A stretch of 64,000 bases of DNA from an uncultured Acidimicrobiales bacterium. GTDB taxonomy: Bacteria > Actinomycetota > Acidimicrobiia > Acidimicrobiales > SZUA-35. The notes beneath the pieces are model-generated. The model was not told where the DNA came from, did not search any database, and saw only the letters and a program-made list of their open reading frames with translations. A program made the position numbers and the translations under genes. Within the stretch, counting starts at the first letter, position 1, and each line of letters starts with the position of its first letter. The stretch is taken from contig CAWCAF010000035.1 of NCBI GenBank assembly GCA_963793385.1, positions 54,322 to 118,321 on the forward strand, given 5' to 3'. Positions 32,618 through 43,581 of this stretch are shown one piece after another.

Positions 32618-32931
32618 GACCCCGATGACGGCGCAAGCCCTCGGCCTCCACGAACCTGGGTCATCGCCGCGTTTCTGGCGCTGAACACGGTGATGAATCT
32701 GCTGTCGAACAGCCTGGTCGAGCGGTGGGGGTTCGGCGTCGCCACGGTGATCGCGCTCGATCGTGTGCATGATCGTCGCCGGCAGCTCCGTAGAGCCAAC
32801 CGATCGGTAGGCCCGGGCTCGGGAGGCCAGCAATGCGGCCGTGGCCCTGCGGAGACCCGGTGCCGTTCTCGGCGAGCTCATCGTAATCGTCGACGACGAC
32901 ACCGGCACTTCGACACACGACCGGGCAGAGC

Positions 32932-33661
32932 TCAGGGGCAGATCTCGATCCAGTCGATCTCGAGCTGAAACGGTCCGTCGCGTCCGTCGCTGATCATGAT
33001 GCCCATGCGGGTGGCGAGTTTCTTGTCGAACGGGAGATCGTCGATCCGCTGTCCGAAGATCGCCGGGAAGAGCTCCGAGAACGCAACCGAAACCGTCTGC
33101 CATTCGCCAGAGTTGCCGAACTCGAGAGGGGCCCGGTGCGACACTCGTCTGTCACGGGCCGGGACGCTGTCGTCAAAGGTGACCATGTAGCCGCGATCGT
33201 CGGGTCGAGCTCGAAACCTGACCTGTCCGAACCCGGAGAGAGCCCCCGGATCCAGCGGCAACCGCAGCGACGAGAACCCACCGCCGTCGGTGTTGATCTC
33301 ACCGGCAAACACCAACCGCCCGTCGATGAAGGTGGGGCCACCCAGCCGATCGGCCGCCCATGACGTTGTCGTTGACCGTCTGCCACGCCTGCTGTTCGGC
33401 GTCGGTGGCGAACTCGGTGAGTCGGATGCAATCGGAGCGTTCGTCATCAGGATTCGCTTCTCTCTCATCCATGGCGGTGGTCTCGTTCCTCGTCGTTGGT
33501 GGCGTCGTCGAAGGAACGGCGGTTTCCTCATCGCCGGTCTGCGGCGACTCCGGAGAGGGGCCAGAGGTCGGCAGCGAAGGCGAGCAGCCTGCAAGGAAGA
33601 GACCGACCCCCACAGCGCCCATGTGGCCGGCGAGCACACCAAGACCTCTGCCCGTCACCAT
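32932..33661 (-). CDS. CIA30-family (complex I intermediate-associated protein 30-like) lipoprotein (one frame change near 33350)
   Basis: The lipobox is LFLAGCS. WQTVNDNVMGGRS and GGGFSSLRL..GYMVTFDD.. are typical of CIA30 domains. Confidence 0.65.
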
Positions 33662-33885
33662 CGCCGTAGGCTATCGAATGATGGTGGGCGGGTGTCTGAC
33701 GCAACGCCGGTGAAGCTGGCTCAGGAAGGCTCAACCACGATCTTGGCTCCGGTATGGCCGGTGCCGATTTCGGCGAGGCCGACGGGCGACTCCACAAGGC
33801 TATGTCAATAGCTATTGTCGCATGGCTCGTGGGCACAACGGTCATCAGGACAGCCCTAGGGGCATCGTTGTTTCGCCATGCACCA

Positions 33886-34545
33886 TCAGCGCCTCGCATC
33901 CCGATCTGTGGTGAGCCCCGCCCGGCGGGCGGCGACTATCGCCTCGGCCCGATCGGCCAGTTGCAGCTTGGTCAGGATGTTGGACACGTGGTTGGCCACG
34001 GTCTTGGGGGCCAGGTGGAGGCTGCGGGCGATCATCGGGTTGTTCTGGCCCTCGGCCACCAGCTTCAGCACGTCGCGCTCGCGATCGGTGAGCTCGGGGA
34101 ACAGCGGCTGGGTGCGCCCGTCGGTGGCGAAGGCCGCCATCACCCGCTCGGCGGCACCCGGACCGAGGGTGACGTGGCCGGCAGCCACCGCAACGATCGA
34201 TCGGACGACGTCGTTCTGGTCGGCGCCTTTCAGGAGATAGCCGCGGGCCCCGGCCCGAAGCGCAGCGAAGACGGTGTCGTCGTCGTCGTACATGGTGAGG
34301 ACCAGGACGGCGACGCTCGGGTGGCGAGAGGTGATCGTGCGGGTGGCTTCGATACCGTCGCCGTCTGGCATCTGGATGTCCATGAGAACGACATCGGGGA
34401 GAAGATGATCGACCAGAGCGACGGCCTCGGCACCGGTGGCCGCTTCACCGACGAGGTCGATGTCGTCGACCGAGGCGAGTAGCACTCGCAGCCCGGAGCG
34501 GACCACACCGTGGTCGTCGGCGATGACGACGGTGAGTGCGGTCAT
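33886..34545 (-). CDS. NarL/LuxR-family response regulator
   Basis: Intact 219 aa with a receiver domain (VVIADDH..VLMDIQMPDGDG) and a LuxR HTH (LTDRERDVLKLVAEGQNNPMIARSL.LAPKTVANHVSNIL). A 4-nt overlap links it to the upstream kinase gene. Confidence 0.9.
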   Translation of the reverse strand: MTALTVVIADDHGVVRSGLRVLLASVDDIDLVGEAATGAEAVALVDHLLPDVVLMDIQMPDGDGIEATRTITSRHPSVAVLVLTMYDDDDTVFAALRAGARGYLLKGADQNDVVRSIVAVAAGHVTLGPGAAERVMAAFATDGRTQPLFPELTDRERDVLKLVAEGQNNPMIARSLHLAPKTVANHVSNILTKLQLADRAEAIVAARRAGLTTDRDARR

Positions 34546-36638
34546 GAATCGACCGGGAGAAGAGCCAGAACCTGGCCACCGTGAGCGCCGGGTCCTGCGG
34601 TGATCGTGCCGCCGATCTCCCCGGCCCGCTCGCCCATCGAGGTGAGGCCGACGCCCGGAGACCAGGGTTCGGTGTATCGCCCGTCGTCGGTGATCTCGAG
34701 TTCGAGGTTGCCGTTGAGGTGGAGCCTCACGGTCGCTTGGTGAGCGTCGGCGTGACGGGCCACGTTGGCAAGGGCTTCGGTCGTGATCCGGTAGGCCGCC
34801 ACCTCGACCGCAGCCTGCAGCGCAGGGAGGTCGCCGTCCTGGTGAACTCGAATCATGAGCTCGGGAAAGCGATCGGCATGCTGACGGATCGCCCCGACCA
34901 GTCCGAGCTCGTCGAGCGAGGGCGGGCGAAGGTCCTCCACCAGGCGTCGGATCTCGCCGATGGCCCCGGTCAGTTCGGTCCTCGCCGCAAGCAGCAACGC
35001 CGATGCACCTTCGGGATCGCGTCGAATCGTATTGACGGCGGCATCGGTCGTCAGTGCAACACCGGTGAGCACCGGCCCGAGGCCGTCGTGGAGATCCCGG
35101 CGAAGGCGGCGGCGTTCTTCTTCACGAACGTGCACCAGCCGGTCGCGGCTCTCCTGCAGTTTCATCGTGACGAATGCAGCATCGACCATCGCCGCCAGGT
35201 GCGCCGACAATCCCTGGAGCACCACCCGGTCGGTGGCATCGAGATGATCCTCACCCGGACGGGGTTCGGCATTGAGCACGCCGACGAGGCGCCCCCGGTG
35301 AACGAGGTCGAACGCCTCGGCCTGGTCGATCCGTGGCGGCTCCGATCTGCACCATTACCGCTCCGTCGGGTGCGCAGACCGCGAGACGATCGAACCGCAG
35401 ACCGGTTGCGATCTCGCCGAGAACGTCGTGCACCATGTCGTGGGGCCCAGCCGCCAAGCCGGAACGGCGGATGACCGAGTCGACGATCCGCTGGGGTTGA
35501 TCGCGATCGCCGTACATGAACCTCGCCACCAGCCGAGCAAGGAAGTCCCGAGCCGGGAGAGCGGCCATCGCCACGGCCACCGCAGCAAAGGGGCCGACGG
35601 ACCCCTCGAACACCAGATCGCCGGCGGCGACCAGCCCGACGTACACCGCCAGCAGCAGGCCGGTCAACATCGAGTAGAGCACCGCCCGTTCCAGCACGGT
35701 GTCGACCCCGAACAAGCGATGCCGCAACACGACGGCCACCAACGCCAGTACCTGAAGGGCCCCGACCACCTGAGCCACACCCACCGCCACCTCGGGCCGG
35801 GCCAGGAACAGCGACGGGATCACGAGGCCGAGGACCGAGATCACCACGATCCGCCGCATCGCCAGGCGTACATCGCCGACCGAGGCACGCCATCTGACCC
35901 ACACCATCACCAGCACGATCAACGCGGTAGGCGCGAGTAGTAGGACAGGAAGGGTCTGGGGAAGATCGAGGCCGCCACCGATCGGATGCGTTGCCTGGGC
36001 GAAATCGGTGTCACTCAGGTCGAGACGAGACGCAGCGGCGGCGGTCAGCCCGGCTACGGTGATGAGGGCGGTCGCAATCGTGAGCCAACGCCACCGCCGG
36101 TCGGCAACAATCCGTCAGGCAACGTCATCGCCATCCAGTTGAGGGCCAGCACCTCGAACGGGAGCATCGCCACCGTGAGCCAGACCGCCACATCGCCACC
36201 GGAGGTTGCCGTCCCTTCCACGAACACGCAGACCGCCCAGCCGTAGCCGACGGCAGCCCCGGCGTGGCTCAGCCCGGTCAGCGCGCACAGGATCGACCAA
36301 CCGATCTCCGGACGGCGCAGGAGAATAACCGCAGCGACGCTCCACACGATCGCGGAGATGAGCTGCACCCAGACGAACGCCCCCACCGGCTCCGGTACCG
36401 GGGCGTCGGCCGCCACGTTCCGATTGAGCACAGCCAGCCACAACCCGAACACGATCAGGACGACCGTCAGCCCACTCACCACCAGCGTGGAGGAGCGAAC
36501 CAGCGGTGATTTCACGACTAACCCGGTTTCGAGCGCAGGCTCATCACCGAAACGTACACCTTGCGATGTTGCATCGAAGCGTCGCCGCCAGGCAACCGGC
36601 CACGATCTCGTTTCCGGGCGCCCAACCAACCAGGCCAT
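34542..36638 (-). CDS. Sensor histidine kinase (HisKA_3/HATPase_c) with a multi-TM N-terminal domain (2-3 frame changes; start approximate)
   Basis: The H-box is ERRRLRRDLHDGLGP and the ATPase region is ALANVARHA..GVGLTSMGERA. The membrane-spanning N-terminal parts are in ORFs 35251..35922 and 36054..36638. Confidence 0.75.
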
Positions 36639-36794
36639 GAGGCCAGTCTGAACCCGTCGGGTTCCCGTTGGCTAGGGACAGTATCCCGAGCGGGCCGGGA
36701 AACCGGAGCACCGAGCGGGATCTCGACCCCATGACAGCGGGACCGCCGATGGCGCTCACTTGCTTTCACACCTCAAGCAAGAAGGAGTCCGTCA

Positions 36795-37178
36795 ATGACT
36801 ACCACAACCACCCGCCCCGCCGCCCGCTCGCATATGGACCTGCTGCACTGGGCCATCGCAGGATCGGTGCTCACCAACATCGGTGGCATGGTCGGCTTCC
36901 TGCTCCCCGGCCAGGACGGAATTCCCGCCGGCGCCAAGGTAGCCGGCGTCGTCTTCGCTCTACTCGCCGCCGTCGGCGCATGGGGTCTGACATATCATCA
37001 CCGTTGGGCTTCTCGACTTACGATCGCAGTGACCGCTCTCAACACACTGTCGGCCTTGCCGGGTTTGATCGATCCACCCAGCGCCTCCATCGCGGTCCTT
37101 ATCGCCGCCAGCGTCCCCATCGGTATCGCCATCATCGTCGCCCTCACCCGCCCCTCGGTCCGCCGGCAGCTGAGCTGA
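36795..37178 (+). CDS. Small integral membrane protein
   Basis: Intact 127 aa with about four hydrophobic segments. Confidence 0.5.
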   Translation: MTTTTTRPAARSHMDLLHWAIAGSVLTNIGGMVGFLLPGQDGIPAGAKVAGVVFALLAAVGAWGLTYHHRWASRLTIAVTALNTLSALPGLIDPPSASIAVLIAASVPIGIAIIVALTRPSVRRQLS

Positions 37179-37223
37179 CCAGCACCGCTCCGTGACCGAC
37201 TCATCCAACGAAGGGAACACCTC

Positions 37224-37652
37224 ATGAAGATCCACTACATCGCCGGCGTCGCCGCCCTCATACTCGGCATGGCCGGCTGCGGTAGCGACAGCACCCTCTC
37301 GGCCAGCGAGTACCGAACCCGGGCGGGCGCCATCTGTGAGCGCATCGACCCCGACATCACCGCACTCTTCATCAGCCTGGACAGCAAGGGCGACGACGCC
37401 ACCCCCGAGGACCTCCAGGCCACCGTCGACGGACTCCTCCAACTCGTCAACGACGAGATCGACGAGATCGCCGCCCTCACGCCTCCCGATGAGCTCGCCT
37501 CCGATGCTCGGGCGATGATCGCTGCCGCCAGGACCGCCGCCGATGCCACCGAGGCCCAAGGCATCGGGTTCTTCGAGGACGAGACGAACCCGTTCGCCGA
37601 AGCCGATCGCATGGCGACCGAACTCGGGATCACGGCCTGCGCCGGCGACTAG
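37224..37652 (+). CDS. Lipoprotein of unknown function
   Basis: Intact 142 aa with signal peptide and lipobox (ALILGMAGCGS). Confidence 0.6.
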   Translation: MKIHYIAGVAALILGMAGCGSDSTLSASEYRTRAGAICERIDPDITALFISLDSKGDDATPEDLQATVDGLLQLVNDEIDEIAALTPPDELASDARAMIAAARTAADATEAQGIGFFEDETNPFAEADRMATELGITACAGD

Positions 37653-38053
37653 CCCGTCCGGCAACGTAAAGGTTGTCGTACAGCACCGCCGTACCGATGC
37701 CGATGACCTCTCCGTGGAGCAGCCGGGCGAAGCGGATCGATGCAACCGGAGGTCGTAGACGCAGCACCTGGAACCAGGTGGACGCCGGTCGCCATCGCTG
37801 CGATGGGCGTCGGTGCTGTGCTCGGCAGCCTGGGCCGGGGTCTACCTCTGATCGTCGCCGATCTCCTCTACCGGGGAGAACCGCTGCCGGAGTGCGGGGA
37901 TGGGGGTCCGGTCGGCTGCGATCTTCTGGAGGTGATCATCCGCCGACGGTGCGGCTCCTCAGACGTGCTCGCATTCGGCCAAGCCGGTCATTGACAGCAT
38001 CTCGCAAGAGGAACAGAGTCGATCAACGCCAATTCGAGCACTCCTGACGAAAG

Positions 38054-38322
38054 ATGGGGTCCATGACCACAGTGATGATCAGCCACCAAGTCGACGACGT
38101 TCAGCACTGGCTCACGTCCCCGGTTCGCGAGCAGATCATGGCGCCGCTGGCATCACGCTACGGACCTTCGTGGATCCGAACGGCACCAGTCAGGTCGGCT
38201 TCGTGGCGGAGATACCCGACATGGACGCCTTCGGTGAACTTCTCCGCAGCGAGGCCGGGGCCGAGGCCATGAAGCACGACGGTGTGCACCCCGACACGAT
38301 CATGATGCTCGTCGCCTCCTGA
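38054..38322 (+). CDS. Small hypothetical protein (one frame change near 38150)
   Basis: MTTVMISHQVDDVQHWLTSPVREQIMAPL continues as ..GITLRTFVDPNGTSQVGFVAEIPDMDAFGELLRSEAGAEAMKHDGVHPDTIMMLVAS* in a second frame. Confidence 0.35.
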
Positions 38323-38330
38323 ACAGTCTC

Positions 38331-39107
38331 TCACGATCCAACGGCCGTACCGCCGGCTCGTGTCTTCCCGGCCCGGAGCAGCAGCCACAGCCCGAACCAT
38401 CCTTCGCCGATGACCGAGGGCACCGCCACCACCGTGGTGAGAAGCGTCTCGTAGTCGGCGTAGCTGGACAGGAGCGAGTGGGCGACGGTATCGATCACGT
38501 AGGCGACGCCGGCGACCATCATCACCCATCCGAGCACCCTCGGCCCCTGACCTGATCGGATCAACAGGTAGCCGAGGAACACGAGATGGATCCCGAACAC
38601 GGCCAGCCCCACCAGCCAGGTGGAGTTGAACATCTCCAATGCAACGAGCGCCTGGGCGTTGAGTTGCCCGCTGGGAATCACGCCGAGGAAGTCGGCCCCG
38701 CTGAGCAGCTGCAGGGCCTGGAAGAAGAAGACCAGGGCTACGCCGAGCAGCACGGTGTAGACCAACCGGAACCAGGCGGTGAGCAGCGACAGGTCCCGGT
38801 TGGTGTCCCGGAAGAAGACGTACAGCGCCCAGGACACCACGATGTCGATGGCGAAGATAGCCAGGAAGCTGACCAGGCCCAGCCGGAACAGGCCTTCCGA
38901 TTCGGCAATGTTGGCCGCCGTCGCCTCGGCGTCGCCCGATTCGATCAGGCCCTCCCGCACCATGAAGTTGGCGAAGATGGCGAGAACGAAGAGCAGGACG
39001 TAGCTGATGCCGGCGATCTTGGCGGCACGCCGGCGTGCGACATCGCCGGCTTGGGCAACGGGCGTGTCGATGATGGTGGGTTCGCGAGTTGAGAGTGTGG
39101 TGGTCAT
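38331..39107 (-). CDS. DUF4386-like integral membrane protein
   Basis: Intact from the ATG at 39107. AAKIAGISYVLLFVLAIFANFMVREGLIESGDAEATAANI..LFRLG matches the DUF4386 pattern as remembered. An ATGA overlap links it to the upstream oxidoreductase gene. Confidence 0.6.
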   Translation of the reverse strand: MTTTLSTREPTIIDTPVAQAGDVARRRAAKIAGISYVLLFVLAIFANFMVREGLIESGDAEATAANIAESEGLFRLGLVSFLAIFAIDIVVSWALYVFFRDTNRDLSLLTAWFRLVYTVLLGVALVFFFQALQLLSGADFLGVIPSGQLNAQALVALEMFNSTWLVGLAVFGIHLVFLGYLLIRSGQGPRVLGWVMMVAGVAYVIDTVAHSLLSSYADYETLLTTVVAVPSVIGEGWFGLWLLLRAGKTRAGGTAVGS

Positions 39108-40179
39108 CGGTGGGCTCCGTTCTCCCGCACGACGATCACCGTCTTGCCGGCAAGGGTGCCGGCCTCCATCTGGCGGATTGCCTCGGCGGTGTCGGCCAGG
39201 CTGAATCGCTGCCCGATCGCCGGCACCACCTCGCCGGAGTCGATGTACGCCGCCGAGCCGCTCGATGAGCGAGTGGCTCTCCGTGCTGATGAACATGGTG
39301 AGGCGCTGTGCGACGAACGGTGACAGCAGCAGCGCCCGGAGCTGGCGACCGATGCCACCGGTCAGCCGGTCGCCGTCCTCGCCACCGACGATCACGAGCG
39401 TGCCCGTCGGGCGTCAGCGCCCGGCGGAGGCGGGAGATGCTGTTGCGGCCGCCGATGTCGAGGATCAGGTCGTACCGGCGATCGCTGTCGACGAAGTCGT
39501 CGCGGGTGTAGTCGATCACGTGGTCGGCGCCGAGCGAGCGGACCAGGTCGAGCTTGGCGGTGCTGGCGACGCCGGTGACCTCGGCGCCGAGCGCCTTGGC
39601 CAGCTGCACGGCGTAGGTGCCGACACCGCCGGAGGCGCCGATGACCAGCACGTGTCTGTCCGGCCTCGAGCCTGCCGACGTCGGTCAGGGCCTGGAGGGC
39701 GGTGATGCCCGAGACGGCGACGACGGCGGCCTGCTCGAAGGTGACGTTGGCCGGCTTGTGGGCCAGCTTGTCCTCGTTGGCGGCGGCGTACTCGGCGAAG
39801 GATCCCTTGGCGATGCCGAACACCTCGTCGCCGGGGGCGAAGCGGGTGACGCCGGGCCGACGGCGACCACCCGGCCGGCGACGTCGAGGCCCGGGATCGG
39901 CTGCTTCGGCTTGGTGAGCCCGAAGCCGGCGAGGCGGATCAGGTAGGGCGTGCCGGTCATGAGGTGCCAGGTGCCGCGGTCGACGACCGGCGGCGTGCAC
40001 CTCGATCAGCACCTCGTCGGCGCCGATCGTCGGCCGGTCGACGGTGCGCCAACTCGAGGCTGTCGGCCGAACCGTAGCGACCGCTGCACGATCGCCCGCA
40101 TCGTCGATGCCTCGTGGCCGCCGTCGATCGGCCGCGGCTGCGGCGTTGTCGGTTCGATTCGGTGCGTTGTCGTGGTCAT
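39104..40179 (-). CDS. MDR-family NAD(P)H quinone oxidoreductase / zinc-type alcohol dehydrogenase-like (about five frame changes)
   Basis: Segments found across frames are MRAIVQRS.., PGLDVAGRVVAVGPGVTRF.PGDEVFG, VLVIGASGGVGTYAVQLAKALGAEVTGV and AEAIRQMEAGTLAGKTVIVV. GAGGAG precedes the ATG at 40179. Confidence 0.7.
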
Positions 40180-40214
40180 GGTGTGCTCCTCATCGTGGAT
40201 GCTCTTCTCGCTGT

Positions 40215-40265
40215 GATCGTACTTAGTACGATCAGGTTGACGAACCGTACTCGTACTTAGTACGA
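40215..40265. promoter_or_regulatory. Two copies of a palindromic operator (tcgtac-tta-gtacga) in the divergent TetR/oxidoreductase intergenic region
   Basis: gatcgtacTTAgtacgatc lies at 40215-40233 (8-bp arms) and tcgtacTTAgtacga at 40251-40265 (6-bp arms). They sit between divergent start codons at 40179 and 40296. Confidence 0.6.
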
Positions 40266-40295
40266 TTGTCAACCAGGAAACGGAGAAGACGTCCG

Positions 40296-41075
40296 ATGGC
40301 ACCGCACCGCACCACGACGACCAAGAAGCCCAGGCGAGCGGCTCGCGTCCGCACTCACCGCGAGCGGGTGATCGAGGGGCGGTCGCCCTGGCCGACGCGA
40401 TCGGGGTCGACGCGCTGACCATCCGCAAGCTGGCCGCCGAGCTCGACGTGAAGCCGATGACGATCTACCACCACGTCCCCAACAAGGAGGCGATCATCGA
40501 CGGCATGGTCGACCTGGTCTTCAGCGAGATCGACCTCCCCCCGACCGACACCGACTGGAAGACAGCGATGCGTCAGCGGTGCGGCGTCGGCCCGGGCGGT
40601 GCTGGCCCGCCACCCGTGGGCGGCACCGCTGATGGAGTCGCGAACGATCGCCGGGACCGGCCACGCTGCGCCATCACGACGCGGTGCTCGGCTGCCTGCG
40701 CAGCGGCGGGCTTCTCGGTCGAGATGACCGCCCACGCCTACGCCCTGATCGACGCCTTCGTCTACGGCTTCGCCCTGCAGGAAGCCAGCCTGCCCGCCAC
40801 GGCGGGCGAGGACATGGCCGATCTGGCCCAGTCGATGGCCGGCCGCCATGCCCGCCGGCGAGTACCCGCACCTCGTGGAGTTCACCACCGAGCACGTGCT
40901 CCAACCGGGCTACGACTTCGGCCGCGAGTTCGACTTCGGCCTCGACCTCATCCTCGACGGACTCGAGGCGGCCGCGAAACGAACCCTGGTTAGCCCGACC
41001 TCAGCCGAGCTCGTTCGCTGGCGCGCATCGCTCTCATTGCGTCGGCGGTCCCCCGTGATCCGCGGATGTGCATAG
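40296..41075 (+). CDS. TetR/AcrR-family transcriptional regulator (frameshifted; 3' end is either 40993 or 41075)
   Basis: The HTH region is [31 protein letters not shown]. The C-terminal ligand domain ([22 protein letters not shown]; [25 protein letters not shown]) lies in other frames. Confidence 0.75.
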
Positions 41076-41202
41076 CGACGATCTTGCGCTTTCGCTGGCC
41101 GCTCGGGCCGGGTAGGTTCGACGGAGGTGTACCCCGACCGAACTCTCGGAACTGGCGGAGTTCGAAAGACCCCGACCGGTAGGCGAACCTAGGCTCGATC
41201 GC

Positions 41203-42119
41203 GTGGAGAACGCCCTGATCGTCGACGGGTTGCGCAAGCGCTACGGCCACACCACCGCCGTCGACGGCGTGTCGTTCGAGGTCGCGACCGGCGAGATCTT
41301 CGGGATCCTCGGCGCGAACGGTTCGGGCAAGACCACCACCGTCGAGTGCGTCCAGGCCCTGCGCCAAGCCGATTCGGGATCGGTGCGGGTCTTCGGCATC
41401 GACCCCCAGACCGACCGGGCGTCGCTGCGCAGCGTGGTCGGCAGTCAGCTCCAGGAATCGGAACTGCCGGACCGGTTGCGGGTGTGGGAGGCGCTCGACC
41501 TGTTCGCATCGCATCTCGCCGGCTTCGGCCGACTGGCGGGAGCTGCTCGCCGACTGGGGTCTGGCCGACAAGCGGGACACCGCGTTCGCCAACCTGTCGG
41601 GCGGCCAGCGTCAGCGGCTGCTCGTCGCCCTCGCCCTCGTCAACCGGCCCCGGCTGGTGTTTCTCGACGAGATGACCACCGGCCTCGATCCCGGGGCCCG
41701 TCGTGTGGCGTGGGACCTGATCGATCAGATCCGGGACCGCGGGACCACCGTGGTGCTGGTGACCCACTTCATGGACGAGGCCGAGCGGCTCTGCGACCGC
41801 CTCGCCGTCTTCAGCCACGGCCGGATCATCGCCGAGGGCACGCCGACCGAACTCGTCGACGCCCACGCCGGCGACGCCACGGTGCACTTCACCACCGACG
41901 CCAGCCGATCTGTCGTGGCTGGCCGACGTTCCGGGCGTCGAGCGGATCGAACGGGCCGGCTCGCACGTGAGCGTGCACGGCACCGGCCCGCTGCTGGCCT
42001 ACACCGCGGCCGCGCTGGTGGACCACGGCATCGCGCCGACTCGATCTGCGGACCGAACGCAAGTCGCTCGAGGACGCGTTCCTGGCGCTCACCGCCGACA
42101 GCGAGGCGACGCCGCATGA
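41203..42119 (+). CDS. ABC transporter ATP-binding protein (ABC-2/DrrA-like; about three frame changes)
   Basis: GTG start. Walker A is GILGANGSGKTTT, the signature is LSGGQRQRL, Walker B is LVFLDEMTTGLDP, and the H-loop is VLVTHFMDEAE. Confidence 0.8.
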
Positions 42120-42871
42120 AGGCGCTGCGCAAGCTCACCTGGGTCGAGCTCAAGCTGTTCACCCGCGATCCGCTCAGCCTGGTGTTCACGCTGGCACTGC
42201 CGTTCTTCTTCCTGATCGTGCTCAACGGCGTGTTCGGCAACGAGCCCGAGATCGACCCCGTCGAGGACGTCTGGCGGGGCGTCGGTCCAGCCGACTACTA
42301 CGTGCCCGGCCTACCTCGGTCTGGTCATGGCGGCGATCGGCGTGCTGAGCATGCCCGTGCGGCTGGCCAGCTACCGCGAGCAGCGGCGTTCTGCGACGCT
42401 TCCGCGCCTCGGCCATGCCGCTGTGGGCGGTGCTCGGCTCCCAGATCATCATCGCGCTTGCTGACCGCGGTCGTCGGCGCCGTGTCGATCACGATCGCCA
42501 GCTCACTGATCTACGGCACCGACTTCCCGAGCGACGTCCTGCTGCTCATCCCGGCCTTCGTGCTGGCGGCGTTGAGTTTCGCCGCTCTCGGTGTGGTGCT
42601 GGGATCGGTGCTGCCCACCTCGCGATCCGCCCAGGGCGCCGGGATCATGCTGTTCTTCGTGATGTTCCTGCTGTCGGGCTCCGGGCCGCCCCGCGGCGTG
42701 CTGAGCGACGCGATGCGACAGGTCGGGCAACGTCCTTCCGCTCACCCACGTCGTCACGCTCCTCCAGGATCCGTGGCTCGGCTTCGGCTGGGCCACCAAC
42801 GCGTCGCTGATCGTTGGCGGCATCCTCGTCGGCTCGGTGGCGCTGTCGTTCCGCTTCTTCCGTGGGAATGA
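42116..42871 (+). CDS. ABC-2-type transporter permease (about three frame changes)
   Basis: MKALRKLTWVELKLFTRDPLSLVFTLALPFFF.. has multiple TM segments. An ATGA-type overlap links it to the ATPase gene. Confidence 0.7.
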   Translation: MKALRKLTWVELKLFTRDPLSLVFTLALPFFFLIVLNGVFGNEPEIDPVEDVWRGVGPADYYVPGLPRSGHGGDRRAEHARAAGQLPRAAAFCDASAPRPCRCGRCSAPRSSSRLLTAVVGAVSITIASSLIYGTDFPSDVLLLIPAFVLAALSFAALGVVLGSVLPTSRSAQGAGIMLFFVMFLLSGSGPPRGVLSDAMRQVGQRPSAHPRRHAPPGSVARLRLGHQRVADRWRHPRRLGGAVVPLLPWE

Positions 42872-42875
42872 GCCC

Positions 42876-43354
42876 TCAGAAGTCCACGTCGACGTCGTCG
42901 GGAACCATCGGGTCCGCACCGGGAGGCCCTCCACCGGTGGGGCGGTAGAGGGCCTCGGTCAACCACTCCTTCACCTCGTCGTCGATCGTCGGCCGGGTCG
43001 TCGACGTTGATCACGTGGAAGAACTTGCCCTGATAGTCGATGACCTTGCGGGACAGCCGCGACGAGCTGAGCCTGCGGTCCAGGACGAATCCGAGCGCCA
43101 CCCATTTCTTCATGCTCCGCAGCTCACAGACCATCGGGCCGTGTTTGAACATGATCCCCATCGTGATCGGATCGATGATGAGATCGTCACCGGCCAGAGC
43201 CGAGAGGTGCTGTTCCACCACCTCGAAGATGGGTTCCTCCCACGGCTGGGCCTGGGCGAAGTACTCCTCCAGCGTCATGCCCGGCGCACACATGTGGCCC
43301 TGCCGTCACCTTGCCGAAATCGCGCCCACACTCACCGCAGGTCCAGCGCACCAT
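42876..43354 (-). CDS. DUF5655/DUF4287-like small protein (two frame changes)
   Basis: The N-terminus is MVRWTCGECGRDFGKVTAGPHVC.., followed by ..IIDPITMGIMFKHGPMVCELRSMKKWVALGFVLDRRL. The acidic C-terminus (..PDDVDVDF*) is in a second frame. Confidence 0.45.
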
Positions 43355-43581
43355 CGACCGATCGTACGACCTCTGCGCCTCACACATCCGCTGGACGGTG
43401 ATAGCCGATGCGGGTCGTGACGAGAACGGCGATGGCCGTCAGGAACGACACCGTGATGTTGATGGCGAGCGTGCCCTGGGCCACGAACTCGCCGACGATG
43501 TCGACCAGGGCCAGCAGCGTGAGCAGCCAGGCCACTCGTCTCGAGTCAGAAGCCAGTAGGTCCACCGAGTGGTGGCAGGCG

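Noticed and set aside
37673-38047. Overlapping 124-aa and 84-aa ORFs on the plus strand
   Set aside because: Composition is Arg/Gly-rich or odd and there are no motifs. Neither can be preferred, so the region is left unannotated.
43380-43565. Possible 61-aa two-TM protein (GTG start)
   Set aside because: It is hydrophobic and plausible, but it is unsupported by any motif and is embedded in a longer shadow ORF that overlaps the GNAT gene end. Confidence is too low to list it as a feature.
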